NCBI GenBank assembly: GCA_031280685.1
Contig: JAITGM010000016.1
Span: 1,665 to 65,664 of the forward strand
Source of the DNA: Christensenellaceae bacterium
GTDB lineage: Bacteria; Bacillota; Clostridia; Christensenellales; UBA1750
DNA length: 64,000 bases
Reading direction: 5' to 3'
The stretch's first letter is position 1; each line of letters opens with the position of its first letter. Below the pieces are notes generated by a model that saw only the letters and a program-made list of their open reading frames with translations, did no database searches and was not told the DNA's origin. The position numbers and the translations under genes were made by a program. Shown in pieces: positions 8,598-17,562 of the stretch.

Positions 8598-8658
8598 GGC
8601 GGACGAGGCACAAATCCATCCGGCAAACAGGGCCAGAGGCCCGTGGGACGGCCCGCCC

Positions 8659-9843
8659 TCAGTCTTCGGCGTCAGGCTCGGCCTTCGGCGCGCGCGGCGG
8701 GAAATAATTGAAGATCTCGCATTCGATTCGCCCATTGTAGACGCGGCGCTTTTTGTCGGCCCTCAGCCCAAAAACCCGCTCAAAGCCCTTGTGGGACGAG
8801 ATCGCGCTCAAACCCCAGCCGGGCAGGCGGTTACGGAGCATTCTCAGCTCCTGATAGATCGCTTCCGCCTGGGCTTCGTCGCCCATCCTTTCGCCATAGG
8901 GCGGGTTGGTGACGACGATGCCCCTGCCCTCGCCAAAAAGATCCTGCGCGTCCTTCAATTCGCGCTTTTCAAAGCGAACGAGGCCCGTCAGCCCGGCCTG
9001 ACGCAGGTGCGAAAGCGCCATGTTCAAAACCTGGGCGTCGATATCGCTGCCGGCCACACGCAGGGGCTCGGGTCCCGCCTGCCTTTCGGCCTTTTGGGCC
9101 TCAAAGCGCTCGGCCGCCTCCTCGCGCAGGCTTTGGTAGGCTTTTTGCTCGCCGCCGGCCCATTCCTCCATCGCGAAGGGGCGCAGAAGGCCGGGAGCGC
9201 GGTCCAAAGCGATGAGCGCGGCCTCGATGGGCAGGGTGCCCGAGCCGCACATCGGGTCAAAAAAGGGCAGCCAGGGCCGCCAAGGCGAGGTCATCACCAT
9301 GGCGGCGGCCAGGCTCTCGCGCAGGGGCGCAACCGCGTTAAAGGTGCGGTAGCCGCGCCTTGAGAGCCCGGAGCCCGAGGTATCGAGCGCCACAACGGCT
9401 TCATCCTCGTGGATGTGCACATCCAGCCTGTATCTGGGGCCGGTTTCCGGCAGCCAACTTATTTGGTAAACGCCTTGCAAGCGACTGACGGCCGCCTTTT
9501 TGGCGATGGACTGCACAGAACTGGGCGCCATGAGCTGTGACCTGGCACAGCTCGCCGTCAGGTGCAAAAAGGCATCGCGCGGGAGGTAATCCTCAAGCGG
9601 CAGGGCCTTGACGCCCTCAAAAAGCGCCTCAAAGCTCTCGGCTTTAAAACGCCCCAGCTCAATGAGCACCCTATCGGCGCTCCGCAGCCAAAGGTTGGCC
9701 AAAAAGGCGTCCTCATAGCTGCCTTCAAAGCGCGCGCCGCCGTGGAAGCCCTTGGCCTCAAAGCCCAATCGCTTAAGCTCAGAGGCGGCGACCCCCTCAA
9801 GGCCGAAGGCGGCGGTGGCCAAGAGCCGCAGTTTCCCGCTCAT
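8659..9843 (-). CDS. THUMP-domain class I SAM-dependent RNA methyltransferase (RlmL/YpsC-like)
   Basis: Start re-set to MSGKLRLLATAAFGLEGV, whose ATG overlaps the upstream stop (ATGA). Catalytic motif VTNPPYGERMG and SAM-binding region DPMCGSGT are present. Confidence 0.85.
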   Translation of the reverse strand: MSGKLRLLATAAFGLEGVAASELKRLGFEAKGFHGGARFEGSYEDAFLANLWLRSADRVLIELGRFKAESFEALFEGVKALPLEDYLPRDAFLHLTASCARSQLMAPSSVQSIAKKAAVSRLQGVYQISWLPETGPRYRLDVHIHEDEAVVALDTSGSGLSRRGYRTFNAVAPLRESLAAAMVMTSPWRPWLPFFDPMCGSGTLPIEAALIALDRAPGLLRPFAMEEWAGGEQKAYQSLREEAAERFEAQKAERQAGPEPLRVAGSDIDAQVLNMALSHLRQAGLTGLVRFEKRELKDAQDLFGEGRGIVVTNPPYGERMGDEAQAEAIYQELRMLRNRLPGWGLSAISSHKGFERVFGLRADKKRRVYNGRIECEIFNYFPPRAPKAEPDAED

Positions 9844-10526
9844 GCTTCGGCCCTCTTTTGCCCCTGGCGGTTGATGAGCACGCCGTTGACCACCAGCTGA
9901 AAGCGGCAACCCAGGAAGCCCGCGGCCTCCTCGCACATGAGCATGCGCGAGAGGTAGATCTCTAAAAAGTCCATCACGGAGCTGGTTTCATCCATCGAGA
10001 TCTGGATCCTGATCTCGCGCCTTTGCGCGTCGACCTCCACCTGGTTCGAGCCGATGGAGTAATTCACCCTGTCGTGAATGTCGGCGGCGTTATAGGGCAT
10101 CCGGCGCACGCGGGTGCGGTGGGCATCCGCCTTGTCGGCAATCACCAGGGCGGCGCTGAGCGCGGAGATCACCTTTCCGTTCTGCTCTTCGTGGTTGCCC
10201 ACGGCGCCCACGATGGCCGTGACCTCCTCGATGGGCAGGCCGGTTTCCAACAGCAGGGGGAAGAGCAGCACCCCGCCGCTGATGCCGTGGTTCAGCCGAT
10301 TGACCGCATTGCCCACATCGTGCACCCAACCCGCGATGGCAGCGAGCTGGCAATCCCTTTGGGGGAAGCCAAGCTCGCTGAGGATGCGCCCCGCAGTAGC
10401 GCTCACAAAGCCCACATGCCTTGGCCCATGCTCGGTGTAGCCGATGGCTTCGAGCATTCGGTTGGCCGAATCAATGAGCGCCGCAATTTTAGGGTCTTTT
10501 TTGATCTCGTTTACGGTAATATGCAT
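9840..10526 (-). CDS. HD-domain phosphohydrolase
   Basis: Contains the HD motif (WVHDVGN) and GPRHV. Start chosen at MHITVNEIKK, preceded by AAGAAGGAA; the ORF-track ATG at 10553 has no RBS. Confidence 0.75.
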   Translation of the reverse strand: MHITVNEIKKDPKIAALIDSANRMLEAIGYTEHGPRHVGFVSATAGRILSELGFPQRDCQLAAIAGWVHDVGNAVNRLNHGISGGVLLFPLLLETGLPIEEVTAIVGAVGNHEEQNGKVISALSAALVIADKADAHRTRVRRMPYNAADIHDRVNYSIGSNQVEVDAQRREIRIQISMDETSSVMDFLEIYLSRMLMCEEAAGFLGCRFQLVVNGVLINRQGQKRAEA

Positions 10527-10565
10527 TGGCGTTCCTTCTTTGTCTTTCGTCATCTGCGCGAACCG

Positions 10566-11384
10566 CTAAAAGTTCTTCAGCGATTCATAGTAGGGGTCGC
10601 CCGAAAACTCCCTTTCGGGCGGGGCGTCGCCGCCCAGGGCCAAAATCGCGCTCGAAATCTCGATGAAGTCCAGGTAGTTGAGCCCAGGGTCGCTCGCAGC
10701 GTTCTCAAGCGCGGGCAGGGCGCCCGCATCGCCGAGCTTGCCAAGGAAGGAGGCGTAGAGCGCCTTTTTCTTCGAGAGGGCGAATTCCCCGGCCAGGAAG
10801 GCGAGCACGCGCCCATCGCCCGGGTATTGGCATAAAAGATCGGCCAAGGCCTCGCGCATCTCTGGCGAGGCGCCGCCCGCGAGCTGAAGGCAAGGCTCCA
10901 GAACATCGCGCATGGCCTTCAGGGATTCGAGTGCGCTCTCGGTGAGCTCGTTCGGCCCTTGGGCCTCTCTCAGCATCGAAAGATAGAGCTCTTTCGGCCT
11001 TTCGGATTCGATTTCGCGCAGCAGGCCGATGGCCGTCATCCTCTCTTCTTGCGTGGCGCCCTCGTCGCCGGCCAGCGCGGTCAAGCCCTCCGCCGCCTCT
11101 TCGCCCAGCGCCGAGATTCGGTCAAGGAGCAGATCCGGCACCGGCACGCGCCCTTGCATGTAGGCGCGCATCCAGGCGATGAGCGCCTCCGCGTCGAAGA
11201 TGCGGTCGAAATAAAAGCCGGGCTTTTCGTCTTCGAGCCAATCCGCGGGCTCGTTGAGCCAGCGGGTATAAAGCTCGGGCATCAGCGCCTCCATTTCGTC
11301 CACATTCTTATACTTTTTTTGGTTCGCGCGCATCCAAAGCCGCAAATAGGCCTGAAACTGGCCGTCGAAATCAATGAGCTTCAT
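10566..11384 (-). CDS. Hypothetical helical (HEAT/ARM-like) protein
   Basis: Start re-set to MKLIDFDGQF, preceded by GGGGAGAG and lying just after the upstream stop at 11404. No motif I recognise. Codon usage matches its neighbours. Confidence 0.6.
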   Translation of the reverse strand: MKLIDFDGQFQAYLRLWMRANQKKYKNVDEMEALMPELYTRWLNEPADWLEDEKPGFYFDRIFDAEALIAWMRAYMQGRVPVPDLLLDRISALGEEAAEGLTALAGDEGATQEERMTAIGLLREIESERPKELYLSMLREAQGPNELTESALESLKAMRDVLEPCLQLAGGASPEMREALADLLCQYPGDGRVLAFLAGEFALSKKKALYASFLGKLGDAGALPALENAASDPGLNYLDFIEISSAILALGGDAPPEREFSGDPYYESLKNF

Positions 11385-11403
11385 CGCTGCTTCTCTCCCC
11401 GCG

Positions 11404-13098
11404 TTATTCGTCGCCGGGCAGCCCTTCGGCCGCCATCCTCGCCGTAAAAAAGCGGCCCATCCGCATCCTGATGGTGCGCTCCGTGGCGCCGTACTCCTTG
11501 GCAAGGGCCGCAAAGCCGGGCTCGTTGCCCAGGATGTCTCTTTCGTAGCCAGCCTTTATCGCAGCCAGCCAGCCGCCCCGCCCCCGGATCGGCGGAAAAT
11601 GCCCCCCGAGGAAGTTCAGGTAGGCAGTCCAGGTTTCCACAGCGTACTCCATGGCCTCGGCGCTTTGGTATTCCTCATGCATCCTCGTGACCGATTCGCG
11701 CATAAGCTCGGCATAGGGCCTTGGCGGCAGAGCGTTGAGACGGATCTCCGCGTTCACCATCTGCACCATTCGGCCGCCGATCATCGCAAAAAATGGCTTT
11801 TTTGCGCCGATGCGCACCAGGGCGTCCAGCCCCATCTGCTTGAGGGAATCGGAATGGATGGGCGACAGCAGCAGCCTGCGAAGTTCTTCTTCCGCCTTGG
11901 CGCCGCCAGCCGCGGCCAGAACCACGACCGCCTTGGCCACCATTTCATCTTCCCCCTGCAGGGCCGCCTCCAGGGTGATGAGGGTTTCGTCGCGTTCAAG
12001 CTCCGCGCGCAGGCCTTCGCCGTCTGCATACATCGCGATGAGCCCGGCCAGCCTTTGGTCGATCTTTCCGCGCTGCTCAGAGCCGTATTCAAAGCTTAGG
12101 GGAAACTTTTCGGGCGCGGGCGCGCCCGAAAGCCGCGCCTGGCAGCACCGCAATAGCTGCAGGGCCAGAATGTGGCTAGGCTCGGCCAAGAGGGCGCGTT
12201 CAAGCTGCTTTGCGGCGGCATCAAATCTGCCCTCGTTGTATTGGCAAACAGCGGAAAGGTAGAGCATCGTGCTCTCGTAAGGGCAGAGCAGCAAAATGCG
12301 CTTGAGACCCTGCATCAGCGCTCCTTCCATCGAAAGCTCGGCCATGCTCAGGCAATATTTATAAAGCTCATCGATCTCCTCCATGGTTTCGGGGTTCAGC
12401 CGCGCGACCATCCTGGCCGCCTTCTCGGCCTGCCCCTCGTTTTTAAGCAGCAGCGCGGCGTTGCAGCAGGCGTGGACGTTCAAAGCGTCCTTTTTTAGGA
12501 TGATGCGCAACTGCTCCCAGGCCGCGGGCAGCTCCTCCATGCAAATATAGGCAAGGGCCAGGTTGTTCCGCACATAGCTCAGGCTCTCGTCCTTGCCCAG
12601 CACCTCGCGAAAAAGCTCGGCGGCGCGCCCGGGGTCGCCGGCATCCAGCGAGGCCTTGCCGCGCTCGGCCAGATCCTCAAGCTCGCGGTCGATGCCGTCC
12701 TCCATCTCGGATTCTTCGATCTGCTCCATGCCGTCGCGCGCCAAATAGGCGAATTCACCCTCGCCAAAGGCGCTTAAGTAGTTTTCGAAGACGGAATAGG
12801 CCTGGGCGTAGTCGCCCATGGCCATGTAGTTGCAGCCCATGGCGAACATGACCTCTTCGGGGCAGTCCTCCCTGTGAAGGAGCAGGCCAAGCTCGGTGTT
12901 GGACTGCTCAAACAGCCCCATGCGCGCGTAGGCGTCGGCCAGGTCCAGCGCGATATCGACATTGGCCGGCTCGAGCTTCAGGGCCCTGCGCAGGTTGCGA
13001 AGGCCCGAAAGAAAGTCCTGCTTGTCGATCGAGCGCACGGCGCGCCTGTGGAAAAATCGGCTGTCGGCCTCAAACGGCACGACCCTATCCTTCGGCAT
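11404..13098 (-). CDS. Tetratricopeptide (TPR) repeat protein
   Basis: 564-aa ORF with repeated TPR-like 34-residue units (e.g. ...ALDLADAYARMGLFEQS..., ...NLALAYICMEELPAAWE...). Confidence 0.75.
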   Translation of the reverse strand: MPKDRVVPFEADSRFFHRRAVRSIDKQDFLSGLRNLRRALKLEPANVDIALDLADAYARMGLFEQSNTELGLLLHREDCPEEVMFAMGCNYMAMGDYAQAYSVFENYLSAFGEGEFAYLARDGMEQIEESEMEDGIDRELEDLAERGKASLDAGDPGRAAELFREVLGKDESLSYVRNNLALAYICMEELPAAWEQLRIILKKDALNVHACCNAALLLKNEGQAEKAARMVARLNPETMEEIDELYKYCLSMAELSMEGALMQGLKRILLLCPYESTMLYLSAVCQYNEGRFDAAAKQLERALLAEPSHILALQLLRCCQARLSGAPAPEKFPLSFEYGSEQRGKIDQRLAGLIAMYADGEGLRAELERDETLITLEAALQGEDEMVAKAVVVLAAAGGAKAEEELRRLLLSPIHSDSLKQMGLDALVRIGAKKPFFAMIGGRMVQMVNAEIRLNALPPRPYAELMRESVTRMHEEYQSAEAMEYAVETWTAYLNFLGGHFPPIRGRGGWLAAIKAGYERDILGNEPGFAALAKEYGATERTIRMRMGRFFTARMAAEGLPGDE

Positions 13099-13155
13099 TC
13101 CCTTCCTCCTCGCCCGCGACCCGCTTTCTTCCGGGGTTTTTATGGCGTAAGTATA

Positions 13156-14070
13156 TCATACCCTCGTTAATCTTTCGAGAACGGATTGAAAATCCTCGGG
13201 CGCTTTCGCCTCAAAGCGCATCCTCTCGCCGCTCGCCGGGTGCGTGAAGCTCAAGGCTGCCGCGTGCAGCATCAGCGGGCAGTCTTTTACTCCGCTGCCC
13301 TGCCTGCCATAGAGCGGATCCCCGCAGACCGGGTGGCCGATCTCCCGCATGTGCACGCGGATTTGGTGAGTGCGCCCGGTTTCGAGCTTGAGCCATAAAA
13401 GGCAGGTACCCTTATAGCGTTCGAGCACGCGGTAGTTCGTCTTGGCCCAGCGGCCGCCGCGAACCACGGCCATCTTCTTCCTGTCTTTTGGGCTTCTGCC
13501 AATCGGCGCTTCCACGCTGCCCTCGCCCTGCCTTAGGTTGCCCTCCACAAGGGCCAGGTACTCCCTCGCGGCCTCCCTCGCCTTGATCTGGGCCGAAAGC
13601 GCAAGATGCGCCCTGTCGCTCTTGGCGATGACGAGCAGGCCCGTCGTGTCCTTGTCAAGCCTATGCACGATGCCTGGGCGCAATTCGCCGCCGATGCCTG
13701 AAAGCTCGCCCTCCATGGCATAGAGCAGGCCATTGACCAAGGTGTCGGCCCCATGGCCCGGCGCGGGGTGCACCACGAGGCCGCGCGGCTTGTTGATCAC
13801 GGCCAGATCCCGGTCTTCATACACGATTGGGATCGCCATCTCGGTCTTTTCGGCGCGCAGGGGCTGCGGCTGCGGGATTTCAAGCTCAAGCCTATCGCCC
13901 TCCTTCAGGCGCAGGCCCAGCTTTTGCGGCCTTTCGCCATTCAGGCGCAAAAAGCCCTGCGCAAAGAGTTTGGCTATCCGCGAGCGCGACCACTGCCCCG
14001 AAGCAGACAAAAAGGCATCCAAGCGGACGCCTTCATCGCCTTTTTGCGCGATTTTAAGGATTTTCTCCAC
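13156..14070 (-). CDS. rluD: RluA-family 23S rRNA pseudouridine synthase (RluD-like) with N-terminal S4 domain
   Basis: Catalytic motif HRLDKDTTGLLV and S4-like N-terminus (RLDAFL...SRSRIAKL). It follows lspA as in many Firmicutes. Confidence 0.85.
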   Translation of the reverse strand: MEKILKIAQKGDEGVRLDAFLSASGQWSRSRIAKLFAQGFLRLNGERPQKLGLRLKEGDRLELEIPQPQPLRAEKTEMAIPIVYEDRDLAVINKPRGLVVHPAPGHGADTLVNGLLYAMEGELSGIGGELRPGIVHRLDKDTTGLLVIAKSDRAHLALSAQIKAREAAREYLALVEGNLRQGEGSVEAPIGRSPKDRKKMAVVRGGRWAKTNYRVLERYKGTCLLWLKLETGRTHQIRVHMREIGHPVCGDPLYGRQGSGVKDCPLMLHAAALSFTHPASGERMRFEAKAPEDFQSVLERLTRV

Positions 14071-14587
14071 TACTTTGCTCCTTTGGCGCCGGCCCTTTAG
14101 CCGCGCTCTTTTCGCGCCCCTCGAAGAACAGCAGCCAGACCCCCAGCGCGATCACCCCGACGACCACACAACTATCGGCCACGTTGAAGACCGCGAAATT
14201 GATGCAGTACACATCCAGCATATCCACCACGTAGCCATAGAGGGCGCGGTCGATCAGGTTGCCAACGGCCCCGCCCAGGATGAGAGCGAGCGAGAGCTTT
14301 GGCCAGGGCGGAAGCTGCTTTGGGACGAAAAAGAGCTTATAGAGGATGTAGAGCGAAACCGCCAGGCTCACGGCGATGAGCGGGATGCGCTGATTTTCGA
14401 AGATGCCAAAGGACGCCCCCGTGTTTTCGATATAAAGGAAGCGAAAAACCCCTGGAATCAGGTCAAAAACCGGCCTTTGGCCGCTTGAGACCGGGCGCAG
14501 GGCCTCGGTAGCCCAGAACTTGACCAGCCTGTCGCCAAGGATGGCCAGGCCCGCAATCCCCGCGCAAAAAAAGCTCTCTTTTGCCAT
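14054..14587 (-). CDS. lspA: Lipoprotein signal peptidase II
   Basis: Membrane protein with LspA motifs (NTGASFG, FNVADS). Start set at MAKESFF. Confidence 0.85.
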   Translation of the reverse strand: MAKESFFCAGIAGLAILGDRLVKFWATEALRPVSSGQRPVFDLIPGVFRFLYIENTGASFGIFENQRIPLIAVSLAVSLYILYKLFFVPKQLPPWPKLSLALILGGAVGNLIDRALYGYVVDMLDVYCINFAVFNVADSCVVVGVIALGVWLLFFEGREKSAAKGPAPKEQSSGENP

Positions 14588-14622
14588 GTTTCGCGTCTTT
14601 AGCGGCCGCTTTTCCAAGGAAA

Positions 14623-15084
14623 TCAGCCCCCTTGATGCTCTTGGCCGATTCCGCTATCTTCCAGAATCTGCAACTGCGCGCTCATCAGCATGCGGAAGTT
14701 CTGGCGATAGAGGCTTGCCTGGCGCTTGAGCTCCTCAACCTGGGCCTGGCAGGCGCCGATCTCATCCTGCGCGCGCTGAATGATGCGCCTTGCCTGCTCA
14801 TTGGCCGTGCCCATGATGCCCTCTGCGCGAAAATTGGCGTTGCGCGTGGTTTCTTCCGCGCTGCGCTGGGCCACCATCAGGGTTTCGCGCAGCGTAGCCT
14901 CGAGGTTCTTCATGTAGGCGAGCTGCTCGGCAGTAGCCTGTAACTGCTCGCGCAGGGCCTGGTTTTCGCCCGCCAGCCCTTCGATATGAGCCGCGAGCTG
15001 CCGCAAATACTCGGTTACGGCCTCCTCGTCATAGCCCCGCAGCTTGCGGGGGAAATCCTTTGCGCTGATCTGCTCGGATGCCAT
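14623..15084 (-). CDS. divIVA: DivIVA domain-containing cell-division protein
   Basis: The N-terminus ISAKDFPRKLRGYDEEAVTEYL is the DivIVA lipid-binding motif, followed by a coiled coil. Confidence 0.85.
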   Translation of the reverse strand: MASEQISAKDFPRKLRGYDEEAVTEYLRQLAAHIEGLAGENQALREQLQATAEQLAYMKNLEATLRETLMVAQRSAEETTRNANFRAEGIMGTANEQARRIIQRAQDEIGACQAQVEELKRQASLYRQNFRMLMSAQLQILEDSGIGQEHQGG

Positions 15085-15124
15085 TTGCGGCCCCTCCCTT
15101 GCGTGCTTAAAATACGCCCTAATT

Positions 15125-15868
15125 TTAGCTTAATTTGGCTTCAATCTCAATAAAGAGCCTACCCTTTTTGCTCTCGCCGCGCACATCCAATATGTGGATT
15201 CTTCCCTTGCCGCGCAACGAGATCCGATCCCCAGGTTCAAGCTGCCGGTCCGGCCTGAGTTCCTCATGCCAGTTCACGAAGCAAAGCCCCTGCTCGATGA
15301 ACAGTTTCGCCTTGGTTCTGGGCAGCCGGGCGGCTTGCTGAAGAACCGCGTCCAGCCGCAGGGAGGGCACGTTCACGATCAGCCTTTTTCCCTCTTCAAG
15401 CGGCGGCAGAGCGCCCTCGTGCCGCGAAACCCGCAGCGTAACCCGCCCGGCTTGCTTTAAATTCAGCAGAATATATTCAGCCATGCCCTCGAGCACCGCC
15501 ACGATGGCCTCGCCCTTTTGCAGGCGAATATCGCCAATGCAATCCCTTTCGATGCCGAGGGCCAAAATCGCGCCCAATAGGTCGCGGTGGCCCGGGGAAC
15601 CGAAGCGCTCATCCCAGCCAAGTCGCAAAAACGTCGCCGGGGCCTCCCGCGCGCCATGAACGGGGCCAAACCCCAGCACTACGCGCTCGCTTTCGTCATC
15701 CCCACCAAAGAGCTCAGTCTCAACGCTATTCCCGGCGGCCAGGCGCAACGCAAAGGCGCGCAGATCGGGGCTTAAAAAGGGTGAAAAACAGGCCTCGCCT
15801 CTGGAGGCCCGACGAATGAGATCCGTTAACCGCTGCGCAGCCTGCCGCCCCTGCTCGCTCATCACCAA
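15125..15868 (-). CDS. ylmH: YlmH-like RNA-binding (S4 domain) protein
   Basis: 247-aa ORF between yggT and divIVA with a C-terminal S4-like domain (LRLDAVLQQAARLPRTKAKLFIEQG). Synteny matches ylmE-sepF-ylmG-ylmH-divIVA. Confidence 0.75.
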   Translation of the reverse strand: MVMSEQGRQAAQRLTDLIRRASRGEACFSPFLSPDLRAFALRLAAGNSVETELFGGDDESERVVLGFGPVHGAREAPATFLRLGWDERFGSPGHRDLLGAILALGIERDCIGDIRLQKGEAIVAVLEGMAEYILLNLKQAGRVTLRVSRHEGALPPLEEGKRLIVNVPSLRLDAVLQQAARLPRTKAKLFIEQGLCFVNWHEELRPDRQLEPGDRISLRGKGRIHILDVRGESKKGRLFIEIEAKLS

Positions 15869-16167
15869 AGCAGGCGCAAAAGCCCGGCTTCGGCCATCGC
15901 GACCAGCCTTTGCAGCAGGCTGATGGCTAAAATAGAAAAAAGGGGCGCCAGGTCGATGGGCAGGCGGCCGTTGCTCAAACGCCGCGCCAAGGGGCGGAAA
16001 GGGCTGACGAGGGGTTCGCTCAGCCTGACAACGACCTGCATCAGCCTACTATAGGGCGAAACGAACCAGCTCAGCAGGGCGCGCGCGATGAGGAGGAGGG
16101 ATCCGACATAAAGAAGGGTATCCAGCACCGTCGCCACGGCGCGAATGACCTGTGCTGCAGCTCCCAA
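15862..16167 (-). CDS. yggT: YggT/YlmG family membrane protein
   Basis: 101-aa two-TM protein (ARALLSWF...) in the conserved position after sepF. Confidence 0.75.
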   Translation of the reverse strand: MGAAAQVIRAVATVLDTLLYVGSLLLIARALLSWFVSPYSRLMQVVVRLSEPLVSPFRPLARRLSNGRLPIDLAPLFSILAISLLQRLVAMAEAGLLRLLW

Positions 16168-16207
16168 GGTTTTAAGCTCCTATAAATATTAATGAATGAG
16201 GTCTTGC

Positions 16208-16801
16208 CTAGTCGTAGGCCCTGCGGCCCTGCGGCGCTTCCGCGTAGGCGCCCGAAATCTCGATCGAACCGGGCGCGAGCAGATAAGTGGAGGCCGCCGC
16301 GCGCTTGATGGTGGCGTCTATGGCATAGCATGCGCCGATCAAAGTGTCGATAATCCTTTGCGACTCGGCCAAATCCAGGGTTTCGAGGTTGATCAGCACG
16401 GAATCGCCATCGAGGAGGTCGTCGATGACGTTGCGTGCATCCTCATAGCCGCTGGGCTGATAGATCCGCATCCTGTAGCCGGCAGCAGCGGCCGCCGGGT
16501 GGTTGATGATCTTTGAATTTGAGCGTAGGCTGCTCTGGTAGCTGCTGCGCTCGCGGTAATCCTCCTGGGGCTCCTCGCGCTCATATCCCCTTGAATCGTC
16601 ATAGCTCCCCGAATAGCGGCGGGAATCCCCCGCGGGCTCTCGCTCTTCCCGCACGCTGGATCTATTGTAATTCCGGCGCAAGTTGCTCTCCTCCTCGTTG
16701 TCGTATTCCTCTTCGTCGTAATCACGGTAATCGCGCGGGTCAACCCGTCCGGTTTCCCAGCCGATTACGTTCAGCAAACGGTCTTTAATCCCTGCGGCCA
16801 T
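16208..16801 (-). CDS. sepF: Cell division protein SepF
   Basis: Start at MAAGIKDRLLNVIG, preceded by GGAGGG. A disordered middle region is followed by the conserved C-terminal SepF domain (YEDARNVIDDLLDGDSVLINLETLD...AQRIIDTL.G). Confidence 0.85.
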   Translation of the reverse strand: MAAGIKDRLLNVIGWETGRVDPRDYRDYDEEEYDNEEESNLRRNYNRSSVREEREPAGDSRRYSGSYDDSRGYEREEPQEDYRERSSYQSSLRSNSKIINHPAAAAAGYRMRIYQPSGYEDARNVIDDLLDGDSVLINLETLDLAESQRIIDTLIGACYAIDATIKRAAASTYLLAPGSIEISGAYAEAPQGRRAYD

Positions 16802-16843
16802 CCTCGCACCCTCCACTCAGCGCATCCGCCTCAAGGCGGGAAG

Positions 16844-17512
16844 CTAGATCTCCCGCTGCCCAAACAGGGCGGTGCCGATGCGCACCAAATTTGCACCCTC
16901 CATTAGGGCAATGGGCGCATCCTGGCTCATTCCCATGGAAAGAACCTCGATTTCGCCGCTTTGGCGCCGCAAATCCTCGAATAAAACCCTCGCCTTGGCG
17001 AAGGCCGTGCGCACCGGCGCCTCTTGATCGCTCCATGGGGCCATGCACATGAGGCCCTTGAGCCTGATGCCGGGCAGGCCGGCGCAGCCTTCGACCAGCG
17101 CGGGAAGCTCCTGGGGGCTTGCGCCGCCCTTTTGGGCCTCCCCCGCGGTGTTGACCTGCAACAGCACGGAAATCACACGGCCTAGCTCGGTCGCTTTTTT
17201 CGAGATCTCTGCGGCCAGCTCGATTTGATCCACCGAGTGAATCAAATAAACTTCACCTATTATATGCTTAATCTTGTTCTTTTGCAACCGACCAATGTGA
17301 TGATATTTCAAAATTGTATCGATTTCATCTTTTTTCGCCAGCCATTCCTGCACTCGATTCTCGCCATAGTCGAAAATTCCAAATTCGGGCAGGCGATTGA
17401 TCTGCGCCGCGTCCCTGGTCTTGCTCGCGGCCAAAATCGTGTAGTTTCGCCCATTTGCGGCCGCATCCAGCCTTAATTTTAGCTTTTTTACGTTTTCATC
17501 CAAGCAGTCCAT
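16844..17512 (-). CDS. yggS: YggS/YlmE family pyridoxal-phosphate homeostasis protein
   Basis: 222-aa ORF with the PLP-lysine region (LAASKTR) and HHIGRLQKNK, typical of YggS. Confidence 0.85.
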   Translation of the reverse strand: MDCLDENVKKLKLRLDAAANGRNYTILAASKTRDAAQINRLPEFGIFDYGENRVQEWLAKKDEIDTILKYHHIGRLQKNKIKHIIGEVYLIHSVDQIELAAEISKKATELGRVISVLLQVNTAGEAQKGGASPQELPALVEGCAGLPGIRLKGLMCMAPWSDQEAPVRTAFAKARVLFEDLRRQSGEIEVLSMGMSQDAPIALMEGANLVRIGTALFGQREI

Positions 17513-17562
17513 CCTTATAAAGCTCCTTCCTTGCTGCGTGGCCGCGCTCCGGCGAAACTTAA

